From Rhynchobatus australiae (taxonomy: Eukaryota): DNA of 64,000 nt. Positions 16,261 through 28,700 of the stretch are shown one piece after another. The notes beneath the pieces were generated by a model, which worked only from the letters and a program-made list of their open reading frames with translations, was not told the DNA's origin and did not search any database. Every line of letters begins with the position of its first letter. Position 1 is the stretch's first letter. The stretch is from assembly GCA_034780895.1 (NCBI GenBank), contig JAUZTB010000078.1, positions 12,217,962 through 12,281,961 of the forward strand, in the 5' to 3' direction. Both the position numbers and the translations under genes were made by a program.

Positions 16261-18600
16261 CCAGCAGGTGTGTAAACTGTAATTGCAATGTGAAGCAATT
16301 GCCGCAGTTTAACAAATGATCCGCCAATAAATTCGAATATTCTTTGGGTGGGAAAGTATTTTTGGTTTGATTCTAAAGGTCGCACTTTAAATGTAAAAGG
16401 ACAATAGAAAACCACTAGAGCGTGAGAGAGAATGCACGAACATCCAGCGGAGTAGGCGGTAATGCTACTTGTGAATTGTAGGGGGAAAGAATTGTGAAGG
16501 AACTGTATCCCAATTGAGGGTAATAATAAGAAAAAGAGATGCCCAGTAAGTCAGGCCATGATAAATGGAGTCAATGTTACACATGACCTACAACAGAAGT
16601 AGCTAGTAGAAAGCAAGTTAGCTGAAGGTTTTTGAATTCATTGTTGATTTTTGGAAGTCTGCAGTGTGCCCAGATGGAAGGCAAGGTGCTGTGCTGGACC
16701 TTGTAATATGGGTACAGAAGATCAACAGAAAAGAGGTCAGATAGGGAGTAAGAATTAGACTATTAGACAATGGCCTCCACAAACTGAATGCAGATGTTCT
16801 GCAACCTGGTCATCCAGTCTACGTTTGATTTCTCCAATGTAGACAAGACCGTGTTGTGAACAATGAATGCAGCATATAGATTAGAAACTTCCAGAAATTT
16901 AACATGGTTAACTCTCTCTTTCCACAGGTGCTTCCTGATCTGCTTAGCATTTGTGTCATTTTCTGTTTTTGTTTCAAATTACCAGCATCTGCAGATTTTG
17001 ATATGTATTTAAGGTGGTATAAAAGACCTGACATTATGAGAGAATGACTCAAGAGATAAAGGATCTATATAAAAGAGAAAGATAATTGGGTGTGTGAAAC
17101 TGTCCTTTGAAGTAGCATAAAGAAGAGATATTTGTCTGCAGTCTTTATATTTTGATTTGTCTGTAATTCTTAAAGAAAATTTAGTAAAGATTTCTACTAT
17201 TGTGTTTTGCCTGAGAAGTGAGGTGGATTAGCCTTTGCTCTCTTTGTATGTGAAAGCATGACATTTATCATTGCAGAACGCTGTATTGGGTAAGCATGTT
17301 GTCTACCGAACAACAATAGCCTCTGAGCTATGAAATGTTTCCGGTGCTTTCATTGCTTTCTCTGTTGTAACACTGCAAACTTCTAAATTGTAAAAGAAAA
17401 TGCCCAGCTGGTTGGGCAGTACTCATGGAGAGAGGAAAAAGTGAATCTCTTTCTGTGGTCATTGAAGCTGTGAAGTGTAGGTGAAAACAATAATGGTCAG
17501 TTTTGTCCATTTTTCATGCATTGGGGAAGTTGGTGTAAAGCAATTGTTAAATTTTGCAGGTTATTAAAGAGTTAGCTTTCATTATTGTTAGCTATTGCTC
17601 TGTGTCAGGAACAATAAATTCTATCCTGATTTCAGTGTGCATTATATAGTACCTTTCTAATGTAGTAACTTGTACCAAGTCAATTAGCAGTAGTGTTATC
17701 ATACGAGATTCATATGATATTAGTTCAGCTGCTTGGTTAAGTAGTAGGCTTTAACAAGATTCTGAAAGGAGGAGTGCAAGATTGAGATGTTTAAGATAGA
17801 GAATCCCAGAGTTTAAAGCCATGATGGACAGTTCTCCTAGGACATGGTTGCCAACGCTGGGATGAGTCCAGAGTTAGAATCACAGAGATCTGAGTTACTG
17901 GGCTGGATGAGGCTTCATTGAGCAGGAGTAAAATTGCAGAGGGGTTTGGAAATTAAGATAAATTTTAAAGATTAATATATTGTTGGACAACATGCAAGTA
18001 TAAGTCGAGAAGCACCAACTCGATGCACTGTCTCCCATTATAGTTCCCCTTTTATTTGGACCTTGAATCTGAGGCTTTCATCCATTCGGTAGACAATCTC
18101 AGTAAATTGCCAGTTGAGAACTAATATTGAAAGGGTGCATTACCTTTATTCAAAACTCTGTAGTCATTTCCATGTGTCATGAGTTACTGGTCCTATAGGA
18201 GAACTGTTGTGTGTCATAATGGGTTTGAGCACTTGCTGTTCTACTATGGACGCCACAGTCTTAAACCCTTTCAGCTTCCTTGAGGAATATACATTTTTGG
18301 TATCTGGACATTGACTCCTCATGCACACAGACTTCTGCTACCACTCTCCCCTCCTCATAATCTTGTCAATGGATAGTAATAGCTCCCTCAGCATGACTTA
18401 TGATGTGATATCTTTTAGCACCCATATCCAGTTGCTCCACATAAGAGGGCACAGTGGCACCCATCCTTCCTAACATTGTGGGAGTATAACAACTAATTCC
18501 TCGTCATGAATCACTTTTCCCAGGACAATGTATCCATGTCCATAATTGTGTTGAGCCAATGCCCAGTGCTCTCATTCCTAATTGATACCTGTCTGTTAGT

Positions 18601-19400
18601 TGTTACGTACCAGCAACAAAAGAAACACACCGAGACATGTATAAGTGTTAAAAGCTACTTTATTAATAACTACTTATNNNNNNNNNNNNNNNNNNNNNNN
18701 NNNNNNNNNNNNNNNNNNNNNNNNNNNNNNNNNNNNNNNNNNNNNNNNNNNNNNNNNNNNNNNNNNNNNNNNNNNNNACCAGCAACAAAAGAAACACACC
18801 GAGACATGTATAAGTGTTAAAAGCTACTTTATTAATAACTACTTATGATAATAAAAGTAAAAATGTTAAACCTTGAACCTTAACCCCCCAAAAACTAACT
18901 AAACGTGTCATGTGTGTGTGGCAAATTCCCAAGCTCCACGTCCAGGAATGGTTCTTAAAGTTCAGTTCAACAAGCCATAAGGTGAAACATGAGTAAAGGC
19001 TTCTTCAAGAACCACCATGTCTGGAGATAAAACGTAGATGCAGAGAGAAAATAGAGAGTATCGTGGCCGTCCACACCAACTACCCACTTCCTTCGACAGG
19101 TCAGCAACCAAGTGAACTTCACTTCAACGTGTCTGCCATACTCTAGAGCATCTGTGCCGTGGCCGTCCACGCCAACTACCTGTTTTCCTCCACAGGTTAC
19201 CGACAAAGTGAACTCCACTGGATGACTCTCAACAATCCATCCATGGATTGCAGTGACAGTCACAGTTATTGTTTCTCATCCATTGACAGAGAAAACAAGC
19301 AGGCTTCCCTCTCCCTGTCCCTCTCCCTGTCCATTTAGTTTGGTGGTGTTGGACCTTAAAACAAGCATAGCAGATACCTCAACCGTTCCACTGTATTCCT
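18601..19400. mobile_element. LTR-like fragment (begins TGTTACG) with internal ~96-bp imperfect direct repeats (tggccgtccac..aagtgaac at 19064 and 19160)
   Basis: TG start, reverse AATAAA and internal tandem duplication. Right boundary is unclear, and the element is interrupted by a 100-N gap. Confidence 0.45.
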
Positions 19401-22400
19401 GGATTGCAAATGAGCATTCAAAGATCTATTATTGATATGTACTTGCACAGCAAATGGTTGGTTCAGCTGTCAAAAGCAGTGGCTATTTCACTGTCAATTT
19501 ACTGGGACACCTCCCACTGCAGTATTCACAAGTGTTGTCTTGCAGCACCTTATTTTATACCATTGAAGCCGGATCGTATCCAAATGTGGTACTTTTCCAG
19601 TTGGCAAGAGTAATGGCGGTTGTTGTTTTGCTCTTTGCATCAGTCCAAACTATTGCCAAATCCTCAGTTGTCTGGTGCTGATCAGCCTTCAAAGTGGCCA
19701 ACTGTCTATTCTCTCACAGTTCACAGTTGGTATCACATGGCAAAATTGTGTGCAAAATGTTGACCAAGTTCTATGTTTGGTCAAATTACAATTAATTTCT
19801 GCTGAATTTACAATCCAAGTACAATAAATGAGCTGACTATGCAGACTGTATTTCCATTACTTAAGTTTACTACTTATACCAGATCCCCTTTCCTCACTTT
19901 GAAACTGACTGCGATAACTTTAGGTAGTTGTATGCTGTTTAACTTGGTATTTAAAAGATACAGGAGGCTGGAAATGCAAAATGAGTCCAACAGTCTCTGA
20001 AAAGAAAATTTGCCACTGAGTATTTTTATTAGAACAGCCAGTTCTGATGAAAGATTATTGAACTGAAACAATAACTCTGTTTCTCTCTTCACTGTAGCAG
20101 CCTGACTCGTTGAGTATCTACAAATTTTCTGTTTTATTTTCGGGTTTCCAACATTCACAAGATTTTGCATTTTAACCAGCTTTATTGACTGCCTAGTAGC
20201 TTCCATGATCTATTTAACTTCTGTCACATAACTCCATGTTCTGGTTAAACTCACTAAAAACACATGGTTTGTGCAATGTTAAATTTAAAAATCCTTGGAA
20301 TGTATTCACAGTCACTAAGCTTAATACATGACATTCCAAACATCTTGTGGAACTCGTTACATCAGTGACAGAGCCACATTACACACTTTGCTTCCTTTAG
20401 ATGGTGGTTGCTGCCTTGAATGCCTGCAGGCTTGTAATGTTATCCCGCAATGGTTTTAGATAATAAAATTTGAGTATTGGTCCAATATTTGAAGAATTTA
20501 GTGGCAGATCAGGACGGTGTATTGCCCATGGCACAGATGGTGGTCCTGTGATATTGCAGCTCTTAAGAACATGAAATAGCAGGAGTGGGCTATGTGTCAC
20601 AATCCTCTGAGAGAAAATACCCATGCTTGCTTCCACATTGTCCTCCCTGTGGTTGTTTTCTTTAGAACAGAGGTGAAGAACTGGTTTGATTTATTTATGA
20701 TAGTGAATGGATAAAACCAGTGCTTAGTTTCCAGTATCTGATAGGTCTGGAGCAAGGGGATATTGATACAAAGTTAAACTTGAGCAGTTTTAGGACAGAG
20801 AACTAGAGATTTTTTCCAAGAGGGTTTCGAGGCAGTGGAATGCAATACAGAATTGCTAATTAGAATGTAGACTGTTTCAATGTTTCACAACAGGTTAGAC
20901 AGGTTAATGGAGGAAATAAAACATGGTGGGTCCCGGAGATCACGTCTGTTTCTGTATAGCACTTTGAATGCAATTCTCTGCAATAAGTTTCAGGGAAGTG
21001 CTGCAGTGCTATGGAGGGGGAAGAGGCTATCAAGGTCAAAAACACACATAGTTGTAGTAAGACTGCAACAAGTGGATTTATTTAAGGCCATAATATTTTA
21101 AAATAGAATAATCTCATTGGTAGTTAACTTGGAGTTCTGCAGTAAGTTTGAGCAGCAGTTGCAAAGTGGTGAAGTGTAGGTTTGCTTGGTAGATGTAGCA
21201 AGAAAAGTTACTCCTAGTGAATCCAAAACTAGGGGCCGTAAATATGACAGTAAGAAATTCACATGAAACATCTTCATTGAAGTCTGGCAAGAGATGGAAC
21301 TCCCACTCGCCTTGAACTTGAGATGAAAAGCATAGATGCATTCAAAGGGAACCTAGATAAATTCTTGAGGAAGAAGAGAGTAGCAGGGTATTTTAGCAAG
21401 GTGGAGAGACTAGTGTGGATCATAAACGAGCCTTTGAGATGAAGTCCATGTTTCTGTGTTTTCTGTATTCATTCTTGCACCCTTTGGACTAATCACAGTA
21501 ATGTAGTTCTGTGGGAGCAATGCCCAAAGGACAAGGAAACAAGGGTTTAGCATTGCCTGAGATTTCTGTGCTTTTTACTACCCCTACCACCTTCATTCTA
21601 ATTGATTGAAAACAATTCATTTTCAGCTCCAAAGTCTGTTCTCCACAAGTGCCTACTGTCCCATTTGTGTTTGCAGTATTTTCAGTTACTGTATCTTTAG
21701 AAGCTAGTATTCTTTGAGCAGATAGAAACATGGATGTTCAAGTTTTCCTGATTAATAGGAGGCGGTGTATAGAAGTGGTAGTAATGTTCAGCTATGAGTT
21801 TATAACTATTTTGCTGATGTATGCAAAGGTGTTGCTGAAAGTGACAAGTTCATCAGCACTGGAAAGTGAAACACTGTGTTAACAGAGCAAATTTTGAATG
21901 GGAAGGCAGAAATGGTTTTCTTAAATCTGATATAGGCAGAGTGAAACTTTGAAGTTCAAAGATATACAACAGATGCTGCCGTGGATATGGGGCATGGTTC
22001 CGTAGTCTATGTACACCTCCGGCTTTCTGAAACAGCTGTTTCCTATTGTGTTTGTAAGATACTGAGCGTGGAATCCATTTTTTTTCCTCCCCTAATGATA
22101 CTCATTCTTCCACTACCAGGTGTTGATGATGTTTGGTAACACTAATGTTAAGAAAGCGATGATGACGCCAGTGGAATCTTGTTCAGCTGAAATATGAATT
22201 GAAGCTAGGAGTTGATAAAGATTTTTGTTTATCTTTCTCCTCCATGTTGCATAATGCCAGAACCTCCAGGACAGAAGTTCAATCTTATACCGGAAAAGAA
22301 ATATTTCTTTCTTCCACCTTTTGTGTCTTTGCCACTTGACCTCCTGTGCTAAGCCTAGGGTGTAAATCACAATGTATCTTTGGACTCTGACCTGCCTACA

Positions 22401-22727
22401 TTTTGAACTATCGGCATTTTGAATTCATTGGTTTAAGAGCAAATTGGTATCACTTAGAACGAATGAACCTTAAACACTATCTGAACTTCTGGCAAATTTC
22501 ACTGCAATTTGTGCCTTAGCTGAGCCTTTAGCCGACGATGTGTTCCTTTCAGTTATAGATCTGTCACTGCTGAATTTTTTTAACTGCCATGCTTTTGCTG
22601 GTTTTCAATTGTGTATATTCTTTCCCTCTTCCAGGATTTCCTTGCTGTAACTCAGATGGCCAGGAGGCAAAAGAATCAATGCACTGCTTACCAATGCTGT
22701 GTCTTTTGACAATTAACAACGTGACCA

Positions 22728-25700
22728 ATGAATTCTGTCTCGCCTTCCTCCGTTCAGTACATCCAGGGCCAGGAAGACTTGACTCCCTCAGATACTAAGA
22801 GACGACTGCTCCCAGAAACCAGTGAGCAAGAGAACAGCTGGAATGGCCGCTATAATTTGTCAGAGAAATCCCAACAGAATGAACCAGTTGAGGTGGACAA
22901 GATTAAAGCTAAGCTGATGACGGCATGGAACAATGTCAAATATGGTGAGGGCACTATGTGCAGATGGAATTTCTCCCATATCTCCAGTACATTGTTTCTT
23001 GCTTTATTTCCCATTCTGTCCTGAATGTGTTATCTTGTGGTGGTTGCTGTTCCACATTTACTGACCTTCCATTACCTTTTCTGGTGGTTGACAGGTGTTT
23101 TTTAGCAATATATATTAATCTTTAGTTAACATTACGCTGATTCCAACTGATCACTCCTGCCCTGATGGTGTCTGATAGCTTGTCTTTATGTATGAAATAG
23201 CAGAACATCCCAAGGTGCTTCATAGAAGCATTATCAAAGAAAATTTGACACTAACACATGTAGATAATGAAAAGATGGCCTAAAGCTTAGTCATTAGTTG
23301 ATAAAGGAGATGTTTGGCTAGGGAATTCCAGTGCTTAAGGACATGACAGCTAAAGAAGTCACTGCTAGTTGCAAAATAATTAATATCAGGGCTGAGCAGT
23401 GTGTCACATTGGAAGATTATGGCTATGGAAAACTATTAGTCTAGATCCAATTACAGGAAAGGCACAAGCTAAGACGGTTTTGAAGTTAGGTGAGAATTTA
23501 AAATTTGGTGTTGCTTATCTGGCAGCTTGTGTGCATAAGTAAGAATAGGGATGGATGAAGGTTTGGTGCAAGTTAGAATATACACTGCAGAGTTTTGGAT
23601 GACTTCAAGTTCGAGGAGTTGCATAAGGGAGACTGGCTAGGAGTCTGTTGGAATAATTGAGTTGAGGTAACAAAGATGTGAATGTGGGTCTCAACAGCTG
23701 TTGAGGTGAGGCAGGAACCAAGTCGGGCAATGTAGTGGAAATAGATGACCGTAGTAGTGATACAACTCGGTCAGTTTTGACAACAAGGTTGCAAACTGTC
23801 TGGCTCAGTCTCAGGTGATTATCAGGTGGAGCCAGTGGCTAAAGAATAGAGTTTGAGATGGAGACAGAAAGCCTTGGTTTAACGAATATTTATTTGGTGG
23901 AAGTTTTTGCTTATCAAATATTAGATATTGGACAAACAATGGGACATCTTGGAGAAAAGCAGGAGTGGTGGTGATGAGGTAGAGCTGAGTGCTGCCTGTG
24001 TGCATGTGGAAATTAATAGCTGCTGAATAGTGGAACATGAAGAAAAAATAGAGAACCAAGAATAGATTCTTAAGGAAATGGTTTGAGGACAAGAAGATAA
24101 GCTATTGCAGCTGATACTCTGGTCGCAATTAAATAAACATAAATGATTGGCAAACTCAATTGACTGATCTGTGAGGCTTGATATCTTCCCATTTCTTTTA
24201 TAACAGGACTTTATCAATTATACTTCAGTTTTTAATATTTATAGTTAGATTGAGTAGTTTTTCTTTAAAATGAGTACTATAATTGTGGTCAGAAAACTGG
24301 CATGGAATGTGTTATTGAACCTTACAGTGTGAGTTGAATGTGTACATAATAAAATGAGATTTAATACGTTTTTAGCTGTGGAACTTCATGGTAGCACATT
24401 AACTAGATCTGAAGGTCAAAGGAACAACTCCAGTGTGTTTTTGCTGATGATTCAGTTGCCTTGTGCAATTACTTTTCATATCTTTCCCTTGCATTTTGCT
24501 GTATGTTGTCAGTGCTTAGTATTATCAAGAATTATCTTTGTTAACCAGCTTTACCAATTGATTTGTCTCTGTAGGCTGGGTGGTGAAGGGGAGAACAAAT
24601 TTCAGCAAAACTTCCCCTATTTTTCTGCTGGGACGGTGCTACCAGTTTGAGTCAGAAGGTAATTTGTTCATTGATGGGTCTAGGATGCATTGTGACTCTT
24701 TGACTGCTAGTAACTGTCGAAACTACTAATAACAAAACCATCTGTTTCCTTACCAGCAGCTGATTCACCACCAAGCCCAGACAGCATTTGTGAGGCACGA
24801 GACAACCAAAATGCTGCTTCTGCTGTGGTGGAATTGTTTCGGAAGGACTTTGGCTCTCGAANNNNNNNNNNGGAGGGTTCTATTTGGACCACGGATTGTG
24901 GCTGGGGTTGCATGTTACGCAGTGGACAGATGCTGCTCGCCCAAGGACTTCTTGTCCATCTTCTCTCTCGAAGTAAATTATGCACTCTGTGTTTTGTCTT
25001 TTTCTCCTGACTGTTAATGAGGTGCAATTTGCACGAGTGACCAACAATCATCAAGTGGCTAACTTTGCTCTCAAGTGTCTGAGCAATGAAAACCTACCTG
25101 TCTACCACTTTACTGATGAGCATCCTTCTACATGCATGCCCTTTCCTACATGTATCAATCTGTAGTCAGTATTCCTGCCTGATATCCTCTCTTGCCCCTC
25201 AGACTGTAACCCCAAGGTGAAAAGACAAACTCTAGCCCTAATTTCCTGCCCAGTTGTGATCACCAACTAACAATGCAGACCAGATATTAGTCTTGGCATT
25301 TAAGACAAGTGAAGATGCCAGGCAATTCATTTGTCCACTGATTTATGATACAACGTGTACTTTATCCTTACTTGTGTGTCAGCATATAGGAAGACATGTG
25401 AGTGAAATAGTGAAGAGCTTGGGAGCCCCTGAAGGTTTGAACCTAATAAATGATTTGAAATCAATTTGCAAGTAAACTTCAACTTAACTTGCTACACGTG
25501 AGCAACCCACACAAAATGCTGGAGGAACTCAGCAGGTCATTCCAGTCCTGATGAAGGGTTTTGACCCAAAACGTCGACTGTTTATTTCCTTCCATAGATG
25601 CTGCCTGACCTGCTGCGTACCTCGAGCATTGTGTGTGTGTGTGTTGCTTCAGGTTCTAGCATCTGTAGAATCTCTTATGCTTCCTATACATGAGGTGAGT

Positions 25701-28700
25701 TTTGGAATTGAATACTTGTTTCCTTAATTCATAGAGCTCAGCCACAGAAGATACCTGACTAAATCTTCATCTGGTACTGAGGTTTGCAATAAAAATTCTG
25801 CAATTCACTGTCCTTGTACTAAGAAGGAAAAAGCAATCCTGCTCCTGATCAGTGCCAACCCATTGCTAGTGAAAACAAGACCAGTCTTGGTTGGGATCTT
25901 TCTCTACAGCTTGCATTTGTTTTCTAATGCAGAGTTACCACTTTGGGGGAATACTACAGTGCTGTCTGTACTCATGACATTTTTCTAAGTTCTTTCTGTT
26001 CTCTGCCACTACAGAACTCCAACAAAACTCAGTATAAGCTTTTGATGAGGCATGTTACAGTCTACCAGACTGAGCAATGAGTTCAACAATTTTGGATACT
26101 AATTTATTTTGTTCCCACTTAAACCTCCTCTAACCCCTTTATTATTTTCTTTCTTTCTTTACACGTTGCAGTTTTTGCCTTCTATTATGTTGCAGGTTCA
26201 TTTTTTAAATGTTTATTTCTCCTGCAATCTCCAGTATCAAACACATTCCCTTTTGTTTCCCCTCTTTGCATTGTTAACCCAAGCTTATTTCTAACTATTT
26301 TTAGTTCTGATGAAAGATCATTGAGTAGTTTGTCTCCATGGATGCTGTTTGAACTGATGAGCATTCCCATCATTTTCTGTTTTTATGAAATAAAAGCTTG
26401 CTACACTGGGTGAACTTAATTTCTGTAGTATTGATAGCCCTGGTTTAATGCCCTCCTTTCTTTTAGACTGGACCTGGCCTGATCTGTTACTCTCTGAGTC
26501 AGAAGCTGAATCCAGATCGCCATCTAAATCTAACATTACCAACTGGTCAGCCTTCTCTGAGGTCTTCAGCTCGCAGTTGGACAGAAGTAGAAGCCTCTGG
26601 CATGCCCAGGGAACTACTGTCACACAAGCACGTGCACGGACATTGAGACGGGGCAACCTTGACAAAATGGACAAAGAGGAGATGGAGCATCGGAAAATCA
26701 TTTCCTGGTTTGGAGATTACCCCAAGGCCCCGTTTGGAGTACATCAACTTGTAGAATATGGAAAGAGCTCTGGGAAGAAGGCCGGAGATTGGTATGGCCC
26801 ATCCATTGTAGCACATATAATCAAGTAAGTGAAGCCTCTGCAACTGCAGCAAAGGGAGAGCTGTATCTATGTAGCACATTTCCAATCTTCAGAGTGCCAA
26901 AAGTAATCCTATGATACTACAGGAAAGATGCAAATGTCCCAGAGAGGTAGCAGAGGAGATGCACCAGGACGTTGCTTTAATTGGAGCATTTCAGCTATAA
27001 AAAGCAATTGGATGGTGTGGGTTTGTTTTCCCTGGAGCAGAGGAGACTGAAAGGGGATCTGATTGAGGTCTACAAAATTGAGGGGGATGAATGGGGTAGA
27101 TGGTAAGGGGATGGGTATAAGGTGAAGGATAGGAGTTTTAGAGGATCTGAGCGGGAATTGTTTCCCTAAGATGGTGGTGAAGGCAGGTACTCTCTCAACG
27201 TTTAAGAAGCATTGGATGTGAATCACTGAGCCAGAGAAAGCTATGGATCAAATGGGGGTATGGATAATTACAGTGGTTGGTGTGGACATGGTGGGCTGAA
27301 GTAATGGTGTTTCTGTGCTGAATAACTCTTGCTCTTATCTGATTTTCTAATTGATAATTGGGGAATACTTTGGAAATTTAGTCACTGTTATACGCAGTTG
27401 CAGAAAAATACCTGAGACGAGTACATTGAATTGATTTGGTGATGCGATACAGGAACATGGGAAGTGGAAGCAGAAAAGTCCCGTTTAGCACTCCCCCCAG
27501 GTCTGCTTCTTATTTTCTTAAAATCATGGCTGATCTTTCACCTCAAATCCACATTCCCAGATGAACTATCAATTAATTGTGGCTGTACATTAAAGCTTAC
27601 CATCTGTGTTTGCCTGCATAAAGCTAATACTTGGCAATACTGGACAAGGCCATTTAGTGGTTTGTATTGTGCCTATCCAGAATAATCCTCCGAACATTTA
27701 TCTTCCTCAGTTTCAATTTTCATTAATAGATGCAGCGAGCTTTAACTCGACCACTCTTCAAAGCATTTTTATAATTCATGATATGAAGACGTTTCACCTA
27801 TTCACTCACTTATTAACACATTTAAAATGATGACTCCCCTCTTTACTGTCCCCCTCTACAAGAGGAAATAGTATTTTTCAATTTGCTTTATGTTGACATT
27901 TCCATAATTTTAAGGCTTTGTTAAATCTAATGTCATTGGAGGGGTATCTCCTGGACAGGACATCAAATGAATTCCCTTCCTATCTGGAAATAGTGTTGTG
28001 GAAACTTTTACAGTCACTGGAGCAAATGGGCATGGCCATAGTTTCATGACTAGCTGAAGGATAACATCTCCGATAACATGGCACTCCTCAGTACTATACT
28101 GGGGTATCAATCTGGATTGTGTGCAGCTGATCCAGGGAGGGTGGAGATGAGTGTATCTTTTCAAGAAGATCACTTGGCCTCCAGGCTTGCTCTGCCATTG
28201 AATAAGATCATTCCATCTGCCGCTGGTAACCTATTATCCCCTTGTGGGTTGGGTATCAATCTGTCGATGCTTTAAAAAATTTTCAGAGTCTTTATCTCAT
28301 CACCAAATTTAGTATTCATGCCTTTGCATGTTCTCTGTCTTAAATGGGAAGTTGTTTATTTTTAAACATTGGCTCTAGATTCTCATGAGAAACATCCTGT
28401 CCATATCCACTCCTGTCAAAATCCTTTGGAACCTTCTGTTTCTATCAAGTCACCTCGCTCTTTTAAACTCCAGTGGACACAAGCCCAGCTTATCCAACCT
28501 TTCCTCATAAGGCAACCCACCTATTCCAGCTATTAGTATAGTAAACCATCTCAGAACAGCTTCCAACACATTAACATTTTTCCTTTACGTAAGGAGACCA
28601 ATACTCTACATAGCACTCCAATGTTATGTCCTTTGTAACCAAAGCATAACCTTCCTTCCTTTTGCATTTAATCTCCCTGTCAATAAACAGTAACATTCTG

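Noticed and set aside
18608-18847. Exact ~70-nt direct repeat flanking a 100-N gap (similar 16-nt case at 47865/47981)
   Set aside because: Typical unmerged contig overlap, so an assembly artefact rather than a biological duplication.
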